From positions 1-64,000 of the forward strand of contig NMRA01000063.1 of the NCBI GenBank assembly GCA_002633005.1: a stretch of 64,000 nucleotides of DNA. Direction: 5' to 3'. The notes beneath the pieces were generated by a model, which was not told the origin of the DNA, did no database searches, and saw only the letters and a list, made by a program, of their open reading frames with translations. A program made the position numbers and the translations under genes. Below, one piece after another: positions 25,328 through 37,864 of the stretch. The first letter of the stretch is position 1; each line of letters begins with the position of its first letter. Source of the stretch: Phoronis australis. Its lineage: Eukaryota > Animalia > Phoronida.

Positions 25328-28300
25328 GCCCCAGCAATACTTAAGAGTGTAGTACACTTCAGACCAGGCAAAAATCCATACAGGGGTGATACACCCTATG
25401 TGACGGATTTGGACAATTACTAAAATGCACTTTAAACAAATTCTATCGCATAAGGTAGCTTAAAAGTTGGGTACCTCAGTTTCCACTGAAAACCACTATC
25501 AGTACTCACCCCAATAATCACAGTTTTTGTGACATTGTAAGTAATTACAGAAGCTACTAGAAAATGAAATAACTGTTTTGTATAAAGTCACATATTGTCT
25601 TCGTAAAAATGAAAAAGTTAATATGTCAAGTTGCAACTTAAATTCCACATTTCGGGTTTGAAGGGTCATGGGGTCATACAAGCTGAAAACATGGAAAACT
25701 TGCCGAGATTTGAATGAGTCAATCTCAGCTGAAGCCACATAATACACTTTGAAACTTAATTGTGAGTTTGATCTATCTTAGTAGAATAGATATTTGGCAT
25801 CAAAACCATCGGCAAATAGATATCTTCATATAGTAATGAGCAATTGTTCACAGCGACCTCAGCCAAAGGGAGCACTTGTAACAATAGCTACTAGTCATCG
25901 AAAATGTTGAGTTTTGAGATCTTAGTGCTCAAATGGTTGTTAAGTTTTTGGGTTTTTATTTATTATCAAATAAAATTCAGTAAAATAAGTATTTTTTGTT
26001 TTTTTTTTTTAATGTCAATTACCATTTTGATGAAAAGACGTTCAGGTGCCTCTGATATCACAGAAGAAAAAATGGCTGCTAAGGTGGGTGAAGTAGTTAA
26101 TATAGTGTGTTCGTTGGCATAATTATATCCTTCAAATCTGGTTTGTGTATTCTTCAAAGGAATATCAAAATCATGCAGCACGCACTTGAAGCACTAAGTG
26201 ATTGCAGCAAGTCCATAACAAGCCATTTGAAATATATTAAAGTCACCGACCCAGTCCCATTCAGTGATAGAGCTGAAAGTGAAAGTGGTAGCTGATTCTT
26301 GCCAGAGTCAGAGTGGGCTCGTTTACAACTGGAACAGTTTGCCCCTCAAACATGACTGTTGAAATCATCAAGCTCAGCATGGAATCAGATGAAGACCAAG
26401 TAAAAGTAAGTTATGTGCCCACCTTCAACATCAGAAAGGCGCTAAACCCCAGGCCAAGCTTGAGTTTGGAATTAAGTGAAAATGCGGTCAACAACGAATT
26501 TCTGGAAGAACAGGATGAATAGATTCCAGTTTGGTCAGGTAAGTTGTTATGCAGGTGCAGGTCATCTATGCTCTATACCTGTTAAAAATGAAGTTATTAT
26601 ATTCTTTGCTTCCTCAAGATTCTGACTGTTGCCAGGAAGCAATTCAAATTTTAAAGAGCCACAAAGCCGGGCACAACCCTACATGAATAGCGACACTTGA
26701 GTACTAGAGTAATTTTAATAACTACTTCCAGTACAGCCTTATATTAGTAAAAATTTACTTTTTCTCAACATTTAGGGGTTGTCGAAATACATTCCATTTT
26801 ATGAATATGCATGTGTAAGAAGTGGAAATTTGGTGTACATTATCAAAAGATTTAATCAACCCCTTGTCTCCTAGCTAACACCAATTTCTTATCTAATTCA
26901 CCTGTTGTCACTTCTGATCGGTCACATTGCTTATTAGTATAACCAGAGATATATAATTTTCCACATATGCAGTGGAACCCCATTACAGTGGGGCCTAATT
27001 TAACATGGCTAAAGTAATAACACTGTTAATATCTGAAGCATTCAACTTCAAGAATAACACTGGAGAAAAACATTTTGGGATTCAAAATACAGAATTCTAT
27101 TGGGAGTTGTGTTACGCCTACTTTCCATAAAATTCTATTTCAAGCCTATGCAGAAATTGTAAGCATTTACCAAAGAAGTTAGCCACTGTTATTGAGTTTA
27201 TTATAGAAAGAGTACTAATGCATGTACTGTAAGTAGTTAGTTAATGAATTGGAATATTGTTGCACAAATCTTTTTCTGAGATTCTTGGTTCCCAGATTAA
27301 ATAAATCTTGCCAACATTTAATGATAGCAAAACAGTAGTTGTAGTAGAAGATTTTTATTTCAATTGTATTGTGATTGCTTATAAACCTCGTAGAGAAATA
27401 AACATGCCGTGCATTTAGGGGATTTTGCGTCTTGGAAGTTTTACTGCGCAAGTTGTCCATAGTTACAGGAGTAGCTAACTACAAGGTTCCCACATTGCCT
27501 CAAGGTGGGCATGTAAACTGCATATTGACTCAAATATAAACAGGGCTGGTGGGCTTGTAAACTGCACATTGCCTCAAAAACTGGTGACTGGCTCACAAAC
27601 ACATCTGCTGAGAAACTTTACTGATGGACTGTAACACTGTCCTTGTATTTGCAGACAAGACACTATGTATGTGTGCTGCATTTACAGTCTGTCAGTCAAA
27701 GTGAATTTCGCTTCACGAATTGTGATATTTGGGTGCATAAGTTATGTTTTGTGAGTTTGGTCTAGAGCTTGTGAGTCAATGGATAGCATTAACAGACCTT
27801 GAACTATGTTTATGGTGAGGAACTGTGTTGACTGCACAGTCTGTTTAGTTCTGTGCTACTTATTTTACCACACCTGTCAACATTTGAAAATTCCTGAGAG
27901 GGTAGACTGCTTGTAATGAAAGCTTATGTACTCCAAGTAGGTCATAACAGGATTTTATAGTACTTTCCAAAGTTACTCCGGGTTGCGTTAGTGACCACTG
28001 AGGCAAACTTTGAAAGGTGCATTTGGCTAAAAATATAGAAAATGCATTGTTTTCCTTTTAGCCTGAAAATCAGCATCGTGGCATGAAGAGTGTTGGATCT
28101 TATCTTAACTTTATGGCTTTTCAAAGCCGTTGCAATGCTATATTAAAGCTCATGGTTTTCCAGGTTTTAGTAGTGAACTCACATTTTGATTAATTGACGA
28201 CCCCTTTTGTTTTGAGTGCTGCTTGCACACAATGAGGGTTGCACGCATATGTGAGTGGCCATCTTACCAAGCTATTTTGAATGGTGAAAATGAATTCTTT

Positions 28301-28449
28301 GGGGAAAGGCTGTTTATGGAAAATGTAATTCTTGTGTTTACGGATTAAGTTGTATATAATTGTATCACTTACAGGCAAATGTTTCAAGTGGAGAAGAGGG
28401 GGACCAACCATCATTCTGGCTGCCCACGCCTTTGCCAAAGACCCATAAG

Positions 28450-28668
28450 TCGAATCAGTTTCTCACTGCTGCGTCTGATGGAAGAGTCAACCCTGTTAGG
28501 TCCCAGCTTCTAACTGACATCGATGAATCTGCCGAAAGCTCCAAGCGATATTACAAACGGAAAGCCAGCGAAGTATTATCTGTAACTCGTGAATGTATTG
28601 CTCCTGGTCAGAGAGATGTTCTGAAGAATGTCTCTCACCTCAGCAGATTAAAAACTCGCTCATTTTGA
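28450..28668 (+). pseudogene. Transposase N-terminal remnant (NQFL...NPVRSQL...SKRYYKRKASEVL...CIAPGQ)
   Basis: Peptide resembles a recurrent invertebrate DNA-transposase N-terminal motif (recalled, not searched); lies inside the Sola3-like termini. Confidence 0.5.
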
Positions 28669-29209
28669 GCCTTTGATATGAAAAGTAACGCTGAGGAAGA
28701 TCGTCAATTTGAACTGCGACAAAAAATTGTTGAGTCAATAGAAATGCCGCAGCAGTGCATTTCAGGTATACAAGAATCAGAGACATTTGAAATACTTTTA
28801 AGTCAAAAGCAGTCAGACAAAATGCTATTTCCATTTCGTGACCTGTAACCTAATTTGCTCGCATTTTGTAAATGTGACCACATTTGTTCTTTTCTATTCA
28901 CTTGATTTATGGCATGTAATTTGCCTGTGTCTTATATCAGCGTCAATATAGTATTACTATTCTCTAAACTACTTTGGTGCTTGTTTAATGTTTTGCTATC
29001 TTATCGTTTTGCTACATAAGTACAGTATAACCAGCTCTGCTGTTTCTCTATGTCTAACATAATAAACAATAATTTAAATCAGGACAGTTGTTAAATATTG
29101 ACCAACTTTGTTCCAAAATCTTTTTGCAGGATTACCCAAGTTTACGTGTGTAATGTCTGAATGAATTTGTATTTTATTTTGCTGCACATGCATTCTCTTA
29201 TGATTTTTT

Positions 29210-29410
29210 GATGAAGTAGCTGACATTACATGTAATAGTCCCGAGACTGATGAAGTAGCCGACACTACATGTAATAGTCCCGAGACTGATGAAGTAGCCG
29301 ACACTACATGTAATAGTCCCGAGACTGATGAAGTAGCCGACACTACATATAATAGTCCCGAGACTGATGAAGTAGCCGACACTACATGTAATAGTCCCGA
29401 GACTGATGAA
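29210..29410. repeat. 39-bp minisatellite x5
   Basis: GATGAAGTAGCCGACACTACATGTAATAGTCCCGAGACT. Confidence 0.95.
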
Positions 29411-29485
29411 TTTTTGGGGTCTGACTGATGATAAGCTCCAAACACCATTGCATACCCATCAGTGAACATTATTACATACTAAACT

Positions 29486-29734
29486 CAGGGGCAGATCCAG
29501 GATTTTGAGTTGAGGGGGCAGGGCACATGCGCGCTCCCATCCTAAAATGTAGGGATGCAGGGGTCACGAATTTTTGGGTAAACGGGGTTTGTTCAAGGCC
29601 TATGCATTGTGCATTCCCCCCGAGCCGCCCTGTGTGCGCGCATATGCTAGTCAGCAGTTCGCACCCCGAACTTTCAAATGGTATCTGGGAGAATTTTAGA
29701 GGGGGCCATGGCCCCCTCCCTAAATCCACCACTG
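29486..29734. mobile_element. hAT-like MITE with 5-bp TSD (AAACT)
   Basis: CAGGGGCAGAT...ATCCACCACTG termini flanked by AAACT on both sides. Confidence 0.72.
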
Positions 29735-31161
29735 AAACTAGTAGATGCAAAAAAACGTCTGAACTAATTTTTCTGCTATTTTGTGAGTGAAATATTCGGT
29801 TTCCTGTGTTTTTTGATGAAAACGTCTACGAACCTTCCGCAAATACATCTATGCGTTGTGGGTAAAAACAAAAAATATTGGTATCCGTAATGCGAGAATA
29901 TTCAGACATCCGTATGCATACCTGGGCGAGGCTGTTCGGGGACTTTCCCAAACGACAAGCGTAAGAAAAGTTATTAAACAACGCCAATTTCACCGGCAGT
30001 CGACCGTCCTCATAACATCAGTTTTTCTAACCTCATTTCACAGCATCTATCCCATACAGTTTCAATATATCTCTTTTTTATGAATGACTACTCTGCTGAT
30101 CTCTTCACGTTTGGTGATATATAGAGACGCAGTTGTCTCCTTCCCGCTCAATACGTACATTGTTTTTATTCTACAATAAAATTCGTTGCATTGAGGTGCG
30201 TCGGGACACGATCAACCGACTTCGAGAAAATCAGACGCACACATTAAAATTTCAGAATTTGAGTTCGCAGTTACGTATAACTGAATACATACTTTATAGA
30301 TTTTTACTCAACCATAATGCATTTTGAAAAAGTGAGTTCATGCACACATTGGCAGTCTTATCGTCTTAAGTCAAAGGAAACCAACGTGCTATGTTTTGCT
30401 TCTCAATCTTTTCTGTCAAGTAACCAAATTAAAGCTTTCTCGTTTCCTTATCAAATGCATATATGTTCGAGTGCCTATATTAAGATTTCAAAACTGTATT
30501 TTGAATCCACGCATACATTTGTTACTGTGCAGACATTGGCCAGTTGTACAATTTTAGTGAGGTACCCTACTCTAGAGCCCGATGCGGTATGAAGAAGGGT
30601 GATTGCCTAGACTTTTTATAGTTTTCTTTTATAGAGCAAAGATCAATCTACACACTGTTTGTAGTTTTGCTGTTTTAAATTTGGCTTCAACTGAGATATT
30701 GAGGCAGGAAGTACGGCAATTTTCAAACATTTCGAAATCACCACAAACTAGTTAAACTTATAGCCTTCGAAAACAGCTAAGATGTAACTGAATCTGTGAT
30801 ATTTTCTAAGACTGGCAAGTTGAAAGACATACCAATTAAGTGATTAAATTGTAGAGTTTCATTTCGCACTCTTGTTCTCAAGGTAAGTTCGCAAAAGTGC
30901 CAAAATGTAGCTCTAACAAGGCTTGGAATTGGCAGAAAAAAAAACACGTTCCCATAGCAACCACAAGGTGGCGCACGCAAAAAAAATTAATGTAAGTATT
31001 AAGGTTGGGGCATCAACCCCTACCATCATGCAAACAATCGAGGAAATCCGTGACATAGCCTTTATCACTTTCTGCCTGGTCCATTTGTGGACGTGCTCTT
31101 AAGCAACAAAAGAAAACGCCATTTATGCAACCACTCAAATGATACATGAAGTGGCCTTTTT

Positions 31162-31403
31162 CAGGGCTTGGAATGACCAATAACAAAAAAGAGGAAAATT
31201 TCCAGGTGATGTGTCGTTACACAAATAGGCTTGTGACAGAAATATTTTTGTGTTGTCAAATTTGACTGAAATGAACGTTTTTGTATGAATAAAATCAAAA
31301 CAGTGATGAAAAAAGAGACGAAAAAGAGGAAACTGGAAATCAAATAAGAAATCGAAACCAAAAAAGAAGAAATCCTCTGACAAGAGGAAAATTCCAAGCC
31401 CTG
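31162..31403 (+). mobile_element. Short relative of the 6-bp-TSD MITE
   Basis: Same TIRs, different A-rich interior, flanks CTTTTT/CTTTTC. Confidence 0.75.
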
Positions 31404-31679
31404 CTTTTCGTGCCACACTGCATCACCAAGACAACAAAATTCACGTGTGCTACCAGGAAGGCAAGATTTCAAGAAGTCTATGCATGTCCATCACATACCT
31501 TTGTGATTAAACGGTTAAAGCTAAGTTTTGCCCTGGCTGTTTAGTCGTAACTTTAAAAGGCATTATGACATCTTAACCGAAGAGCCAACAGCTGATCAAC
31601 AATATACTTATAAGAAGAATGGTCATTGTTGCTTGACGTGACTGACTAATGATAGACAGCACACATAACTAAAGATATG

Positions 31680-32381
31680 ACTAGGGAAATGACTACCACT
31701 AAGAGGCGCCACAGTTGTTGAAGTCGTCGGAAATTGATTGTCAGCCGTCCTCTTCATAGTAAGAACATAATGCCAATTTTCACAATCATCCTTAGAGCGG
31801 TTTGGCTGATAGAGGGGTGGATGCCAAAACCAGACTCGAAAACAGTAAAAATGGCCACTAGGTGGTGCAAACTACGTCAAATCCATCCAAAAATGGGAGG
31901 ATAGTGTCATCTCACTAATAGATGCCTATACGCCAAGTTTTATGAAAATATGTTGCAGACCTTTGAAGATACAGAGGTAGGCGTAAAAAACTAAAATTGC
32001 CACTAGGGGGCACACCGGTAGTTAGAGAGGTTCGAAATTTGTTGTCATCCATCAGCTTGACAGGAACACATCCGCCAAATCTCATCAAGATCCTCAGAGG
32101 GATTCAGGAGATACAGCTGCAAACGCCGAACACCGGACGCCCAGACAGAGATGACGGCAATATGAGATTGCATATAAATATGTGGGCACAAAAAAACTAA
32201 AATTGCCACTAGGGGGCACACCAGTATTCGGGTCGGTCCGAAACTCATCGCCCCCTGTCGTCAATCGCATAGGAAAACCCCTGCCAAATTTCAATACGAT
32301 CCTGCAAAGGGATTTAGGAGATACAGCCAAGACAGAGCTGACGGCAATATGCACCCACATATAAATATGTGAGCGCATAAT
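31680..32381 (-). mobile_element. Family B partial copy with duplicated terminal palindrome
   Basis: Family modules; terminal palindromes at ~32160-32190 and ~32349-32379. Confidence 0.72.
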
Positions 32382-32506
32382 AAAACGTTGCTGCACATTT
32401 GGCATCAAGCTCAACTGTTTTACCAGCCATTCTCAGTGCTTTTGTCAAACTTCACAATGACAGAATAACTTCATGAAAATGGGAGGAACTAACTATAACA
32501 GATTAA

Positions 32507-32695
32507 TGCACAAAGAGCTTGATATCAACCCTGGCACCTGGCTTGCACAAAGAGCTTGATGTCAACCCTGGCACATGGCTTGCACAAAGAGCTTGATATC
32601 AACCCTGGCACATGGCTTGCACTAAGAGCTTGACATCAATCCTGGCACATGGCTTGCACTAAGAGCTTGACATCAATCCTGGCACATGGCTTGCA
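32507..32695. repeat. 37-bp minisatellite x5
   Basis: TGCACAAAGAGCTTGATATCAACCCTGGCACATGGCT. Confidence 0.95.
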
Positions 32696-32724
32696 AGCTA
32701 AACAATGTCTAAACAAATACTTAC

Positions 32725-32795
32725 AATTTTCTTGTCTTTTGATGTATAAGAAGGATGTGTCAACAGGATATCTATGTCCCCACTGGACTCTGCAC
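32725..32795 (-). CDS. POLB: POLB coding exon: AESSGDIDILLTHPSYTSKDKKI (catalytic D190/D192 equivalents)
   Basis: 71 nt, tttCAG/GTAAGT boundaries, GDxD motif. Confidence 0.96.
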
Positions 32796-32880
32796 CTGAA
32801 AACAAGTTAATCAGTAAAAAGCTTCAACTTGATTCTTCTTAATAGTTACCCAAATACACAACTTACACCATCACTTAGTT

Positions 32881-33113
32881 CTAAAAATGCAGGACTACTG
32901 TAAGTGATTATTACTAAAAATGCAGGACTACTGTAAGTGATTATTACTAAAAATGCAGGACTCCTGTAAGTGATTATTACTAAAAATGCAGGACTCCTGT
33001 AAGTGATTATTACTAAAAATGCAGGACTCCTGTAAGTGATTATTACTAAAAATGCAGGACTCCTGTAAGTGATTATTACTAAAAATGCAGGACTCCTGTA
33101 AGTGATTATTACT
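32881..33113. repeat. 33-bp minisatellite x7
   Basis: CTAAAAATGCAGGACT(A/C)CTGTAAGTGATTATTA. Confidence 0.95.
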
Positions 33114-34032
33114 TAAAGTTCTTTAATGTCAACACTGATGTGAGAAAAGTGCACTTTACATGAAATGAATTCCTGCACAGTTGACAAAAATGTCTCATTA
33201 CTAAAAACAACAATCAAAAAAGCTTTAAGGTAATTGGTTATACTCAATTACAGTAACTTTTTAAATATCAATTGTAGTCCAATAAAACTGAAATAGTCAC
33301 TTCCAGAGTCCCACATTTTAGAAATCACTTTGATGCCTGTTATTCATGGCACAAAACTGGTTCTCAAAATGTGAGACCCTTGTAAGTAGCTATTACCCAT
33401 AAAACTATATAATTACTTTTACATCCTCAATGATCACAAAATCTTACTACGTGCACAAAAATTAATGCTCACATTTTACTTATCATATGACTGTGTTGTT
33501 TTTAAAAACGATTTTCTAGAGATTGACATAATTTCCCTTATTGCATGAAAATTGACTGGTATTTTCTTGGAAGGCTATTTATCCTGAGAATAGAGAAGTT
33601 TCATTGTGGCACTCTCTAGAGTAATGGATGACTTCCACTTGATCATCACTCACATTTGAAGGACAGACATTCATTGCTACATATAGAGAAATAAGAAATT
33701 TGATCCTTGATTGATCATGGAAGGTTCCTGACGATTTGTCTCATTGGTCTTGGTTAATAAGCATGTTTCTAAGGACTTTCACTTCTGACACCAAAATGGA
33801 AGCGCCCAACCAAAAGCAAGAGTGCAAAAAATCAACTTGCAATTAGTGCAAGTCGAACATTTTGTCCACGTTCCACGACAACAAAAACTTATGTTTTTTT
33901 AACTTTTGATTCGCCTAATAACTTTTTGCAAGATGTGTTTTTGCTTCATTAGTTTGGCAGCTGAACAAGTACCCCTATTGCCTAATAGTAGTATCTTCCG
34001 ATTGTTGAGCACATGCATTGAAAAATAGCAGT

Positions 34033-34110
34033 GTAACATTTTATATACATTGTATATTTCTTTTTGAGTTTAAGCTCAAAAAGAAATATACAATGTATAT
34101 AAAATGTTAC
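34033..34110. repeat. Perfect 36-bp inverted repeat with 6-nt spacer
   Basis: GTAACATTTTATATACATTGTATATTTCTTTTTGAG-tttaag-reverse complement. Confidence 0.95.
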
Positions 34111-35639
34111 CCTGCTGAAAGTATTCAATAAGAAAACCAGTCAATCATTAGCATATGTTTGGTTGCCTATCTAAGTTCAAAGTATTCAGTAAGACCTGTC
34201 AATCATTGGCACCTGCTTGGTTGCTTAAGTGTCCAGTAGGAAGCAAATCTTTACACAATCGAGTGCTTCCCTTAAAAATACACCTCGAATTAGCGGAGTC
34301 TTGTTTAATCTGTCTTTACTCTCAAGAAACTTGCCCTACTGAACGCACGACTACCTGTAGGAATACTTTAGGTACGTAAACACCCAGTCACACTCAAGAT
34401 CACGACGCCACTGTATCGTGTGCGCAGGCCTTCGAAGACCGGTACTTCAATCCCCCGACTTATTATTTTAACTGAAGTCTGCTGTTTTTAGATTCCCAAT
34501 TTAAGCGCCCTGGGCGGTAACACGGAAAGTAAAGTTTCAATCATTTGCTCGTCAACACATTTTGACACTTGATCGTTACAATTTTTGATTTACGTATAAG
34601 ACTCACATGTAGTAGCGATAACTCGCTAGCACGTGTTAATAAAACTTTACGACATTCGACTGTGTTATGACATGTGTGGAAACTGTCGTCTGCATCGGTG
34701 GCTTAAGTTGCAATGTTGAAATAGATACTTAGTTTAGGTATGGTTTCAAGTCAAGGAGCTCTAATCTTGCAACTGGTAACCAGACCAAAGGGCGTGAAAC
34801 CACCAAGCAACAGTATGAAACCAGTAAACGAAAACGACGGCTCACTCAGCAGCTTATGAAAAACATATACTGAATTGAAAAGCCAGGGTAAACTTGTAGC
34901 GTGTTCACTGGTGAAATCCAAATACTACACGTCTATTGAGCTTGTGCTGACAGGTATAATGTGCACATAGGCGGATTTAGGGCCCCCCCGCCCTTGGCTG
35001 CCGCAAAAACAAATAAAACAGCAAGAGCGCAGGGAAATGTGGAGTTTATTAATTAACCCCGGTAATTAACATTATACGGCTGAAACAAGATTTAAATGTG
35101 TGCAGTTTTAGTGTGTTTGGGGGGGGGTTCAGATCCAATTTCAAGTGTCAAATTCGGAACACCGCGCAATAGTAACGGAACTATGGCTAAGTATAGGCTC
35201 TCCCGAGATATCCCAGACGACCGGCAGTGGCGCTGGGCACTACGACTCCGTTTCCGTCGTCTGCTTCACTGTGTAATGAAGAAAATTACTTCATTTTTTA
35301 AAGAAAATGGAATCTGAGTGACGATGAAAAAATAGAAGCTGCTGGTAAGATGTGAATTTTAATCGAAGCCTTAGTGAATCACTCAGAAACTCATAATTCT
35401 CTCTTTGTCAAACCTTTACTTACGATTTCCAAAGCAATCGCGTCATTAATGCCAACGCAAAAAACAGATTTGGTCTTTTGGGCAATTGAAGACTATTTTA
35501 AATACAACAAATTTGTTACGAACTGATTACACAAAATATAAAAGGTGTAGTAAACATTAGAAAAAGAAGTAGGTTTCACGCGCAAACACTGTGGACCATA
35601 AACAAGTAGGTCTCTTAGAATTAAATTTCGAGTGAAATC

Positions 35640-35700
35640 GTGGTGCTGCAGTGGTAAAGCACGCACGCTCTATCCGCCAGGTCGCGAGTTCGACTCTGTG
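35640..35700 (+). repeat. tRNA-like SINE head fragment
   Basis: TGGTGCTGCAGTGGT (A box) and GTTCGACTC (B box); no complete cloverleaf. Confidence 0.4.
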
Positions 35701-36293
35701 GTAATTGCAGTTTTTCAAGTTTGACATATTCTCCGTATTTTTTTTTCTTTCTTGGATAATACTTCTGGAATCAAGGAAAATGCTTGATTTTTAGAGGAAA
35801 AAACAGAAAAATTTTCCTGGCGGGAGGGGGGCAAACCCCCCACTAGGTCTAGTCGTGCTTTGCGCAAATGTTTGCAGACAAAATGTTGCCCCCCCTTGTG
35901 ATATCCTGGCAACTGGTGCGACATTCATAAGTTTAGAAAGTATAATTTGAGTTTAATTACCTTTGGACAAGTGTTTTATAGGTCAGGACAAGTAAATTTC
36001 ATTTCTACTTGTCCAACTGGATAAGTTAATATAAGTCGAGCTCTGATTAAGGCAGTTTCCTGTTCTTCAACACAGCTACAACCAGGTAATATTTTTGAAA
36101 AATTCATTCACAACGTTACAATCAACGGAAATTACAAAAACGATCAATTTTGCCCTATAGTTTTTGAACAAAATTGGTGAATTGGAATCGCAGATGTACA
36201 ACAAACACCATCAAAGGGGCCTTAGGTAGAGTTATGTTCAACTATTATCAAACAATTTACATATGTTAAAGATTAAAACAAACTCTTACCTAC

Positions 36294-36366
36294 CTCTTCT
36301 AAAACTACCACAAACTGTAGCTACAAAATCACTGTCCAACTTTGTTATCACATTGAAACAAGCAGT
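36294..36366 (-). CDS. POLB: POLB coding exon: TACFNVITKLDSDFVATVCGSFRR(G)
   Basis: 73 nt, tttTCAG/GTAGGT boundaries, VCGSFRRG PolX signature. Confidence 0.96.
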
Positions 36367-36818
36367 CTGAAAAATAAAAACAACTGTGTGTGAATGAGTT
36401 GTCGTCCAAAATTATTTGATGAATGTTAAACAAATTTCATAAAAATAAATTCATGAACTCTGAAGATACAGAGGTAAACATAAAAAAGTGTTGGTACTAG
36501 GAGGCACAGTGGTATTTGGATTAGTTCGGTAAAGGCTACACGCAACTTTTGAACAATTCTGACCACCACTTTGCACCCTAGTGGCAATTTTAAAGGCAAA
36601 GGCAACCTTTTTTCATGCCATTTTCAGAAAAAAAGGTTTGTTAATTATCCCAGACATATTCTTCAGTTACTTACGACTTTTTGTAATGTAATTAATTACT
36701 CATGCCATAATCCGGAAGTGATGTTCAGGGAGTCAAAAACTATGCACCTTCTCTTTTCATATAATAACTGTGTGAGCTGTCAAGTCAGTCATAGTTCTAC
36801 CTCTACGAGTCAATCAAC

Positions 36819-37226
36819 ATGCCTCATTGTTGCTACGTATCGGGATGGACTCATTATCGTCTCACGCATACTCTGGGTGTATTATTACATCACTTTCCGA
36901 AAGATGACACACTTCGCCAAACTTGGCTGGTTCGTGACAAGAATGCAGCGTTAGCCGTCCACGCAACGTACAAAGCAGTGAAGAATTACCGAGTGTGTGG
37001 CAAGCATATTCTGCCATCGGATTATGAAAGAGATGTGTACCCTGCATTGATGAAGGTCCCTGCAAAACAATGCCTGAAAACGGGTACCATACGATCGCTG
37101 TTGATTCCTGGCAGTGCCCCGTCGCCAACCCCGAGAAGTGCATTTTTGAAGCAAGAAGCCTCACGAGCTGTGGCCACTATATACAGTGACTGGAGGCACT
37201 TCATCTACTGTTATCCATGCCTCTGA
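36819..37226 (+). pseudogene. THAP zinc-finger N-terminus of the Kolobok transposase gene (truncated)
   Basis: MPHCC.V.G[W]...HHFPKD...R..W...RVCGKH.....Y...LK.G.I.SL fits the THAP consensus; second Cys replaced by Trp; no DDE domain follows. Confidence 0.85.
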
Positions 37227-37359
37227 ATGTACCCCAGAGCATGCAATTCCGGGGACTAGCAGTAATTCGCACTGTGCTGTTGTCTCTAGCCCAGAGCCTG
37301 TAAGCAGCCCTGCAGCGATGTTGGGCAGTCGGTGTGAATACAGGCCCAGTTCTACACTC

Positions 37360-37655
37360 AGTGAGGAGGAGAATTTGTCGTCCTGTGAACAGCATAGGCA
37401 TTCCATAAAGGTCAGCATAACAGTGCACACCGTGCATTTGCACCAAGACGTCCCACCACGTCTGTCCTCAGTCTCTGCCTCATCCCTCTCAACACCTGCC
37501 TGTGCCTGTGCGTCTGCCTCATTATACTCCGGCTCAAACATATCCCCACCCACTGACTGTCCGTGAAAAAATTCCTCGTCACCACTGCTATGAACAATGT
37601 CTCCATCACTCACATCACTACGGTCACTGTGATATGGGTCGCCTACTCCGGCCAT
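37360..37655 (-). pseudogene. KolX-like / P2X7 cytoplasmic-domain-like Cys-rich ORF N-terminus (truncated)
   Basis: Acidic leader with MFEPE followed by WCKCTVCTVMLTFMECLCC, matching the WCxCxxCxxMxxxxExxCC pattern. Confidence 0.75.
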
Positions 37656-37777
37656 TTTCAGGTTACTACAAACTAAACGATCCCTAAATCCAGCGTAACT
37701 GAGTTCTCTAACAACCTAGCCTGTTGTAGAATACTCGTCGATGAGATGTGGAGACAATTTTAGGAAAACAGCACAAA

Positions 37778-37864
37778 AACAACAGTAGTACAGATCCTCA
37801 CAGTAAACAACAGTAGTACAGATCCTCACAGTAAACAACAGTAGTACAGATCCTCACAGTAAAC
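37778..37864. repeat. 28-bp repeat x3 inside the Kolobok
   Basis: AACAACAGTAGTACAGATCCTCACAGTA. Confidence 0.9.

Larger units (their letters stand above)
25345..31098 (+). mobile_element. Decayed Sola3-like DNA transposon
   Basis: TTAA|GAG ... CTC|TTAA termini; long degenerate inverted similarity (e.g. ATCTCAGCTGAAGCCA ~25722 vs TGGCTTCAACTGAGAT ~30682); transposase-like peptide remnant at ~28450-28630. Confidence 0.6.

Noticed and set aside
29074-29469. 131-aa ORF with (SSVSGLLHVVSAT)n repeats
   Set aside because: Read-through of a 39-bp minisatellite with no independent coding evidence.
32881-33113. Regular 33-41-bp repeats (also 12052-12297, 29210-29410, 32507-32695) as CRISPR arrays
   Set aside because: Head-to-tail units with no unique spacers, no cas genes, and a eukaryotic intron context; these are minisatellites.
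35640-35700. Functional tRNA gene
   Set aside because: Only A/B boxes are recognisable, with no acceptor or anticodon stems; treated as a SINE head.
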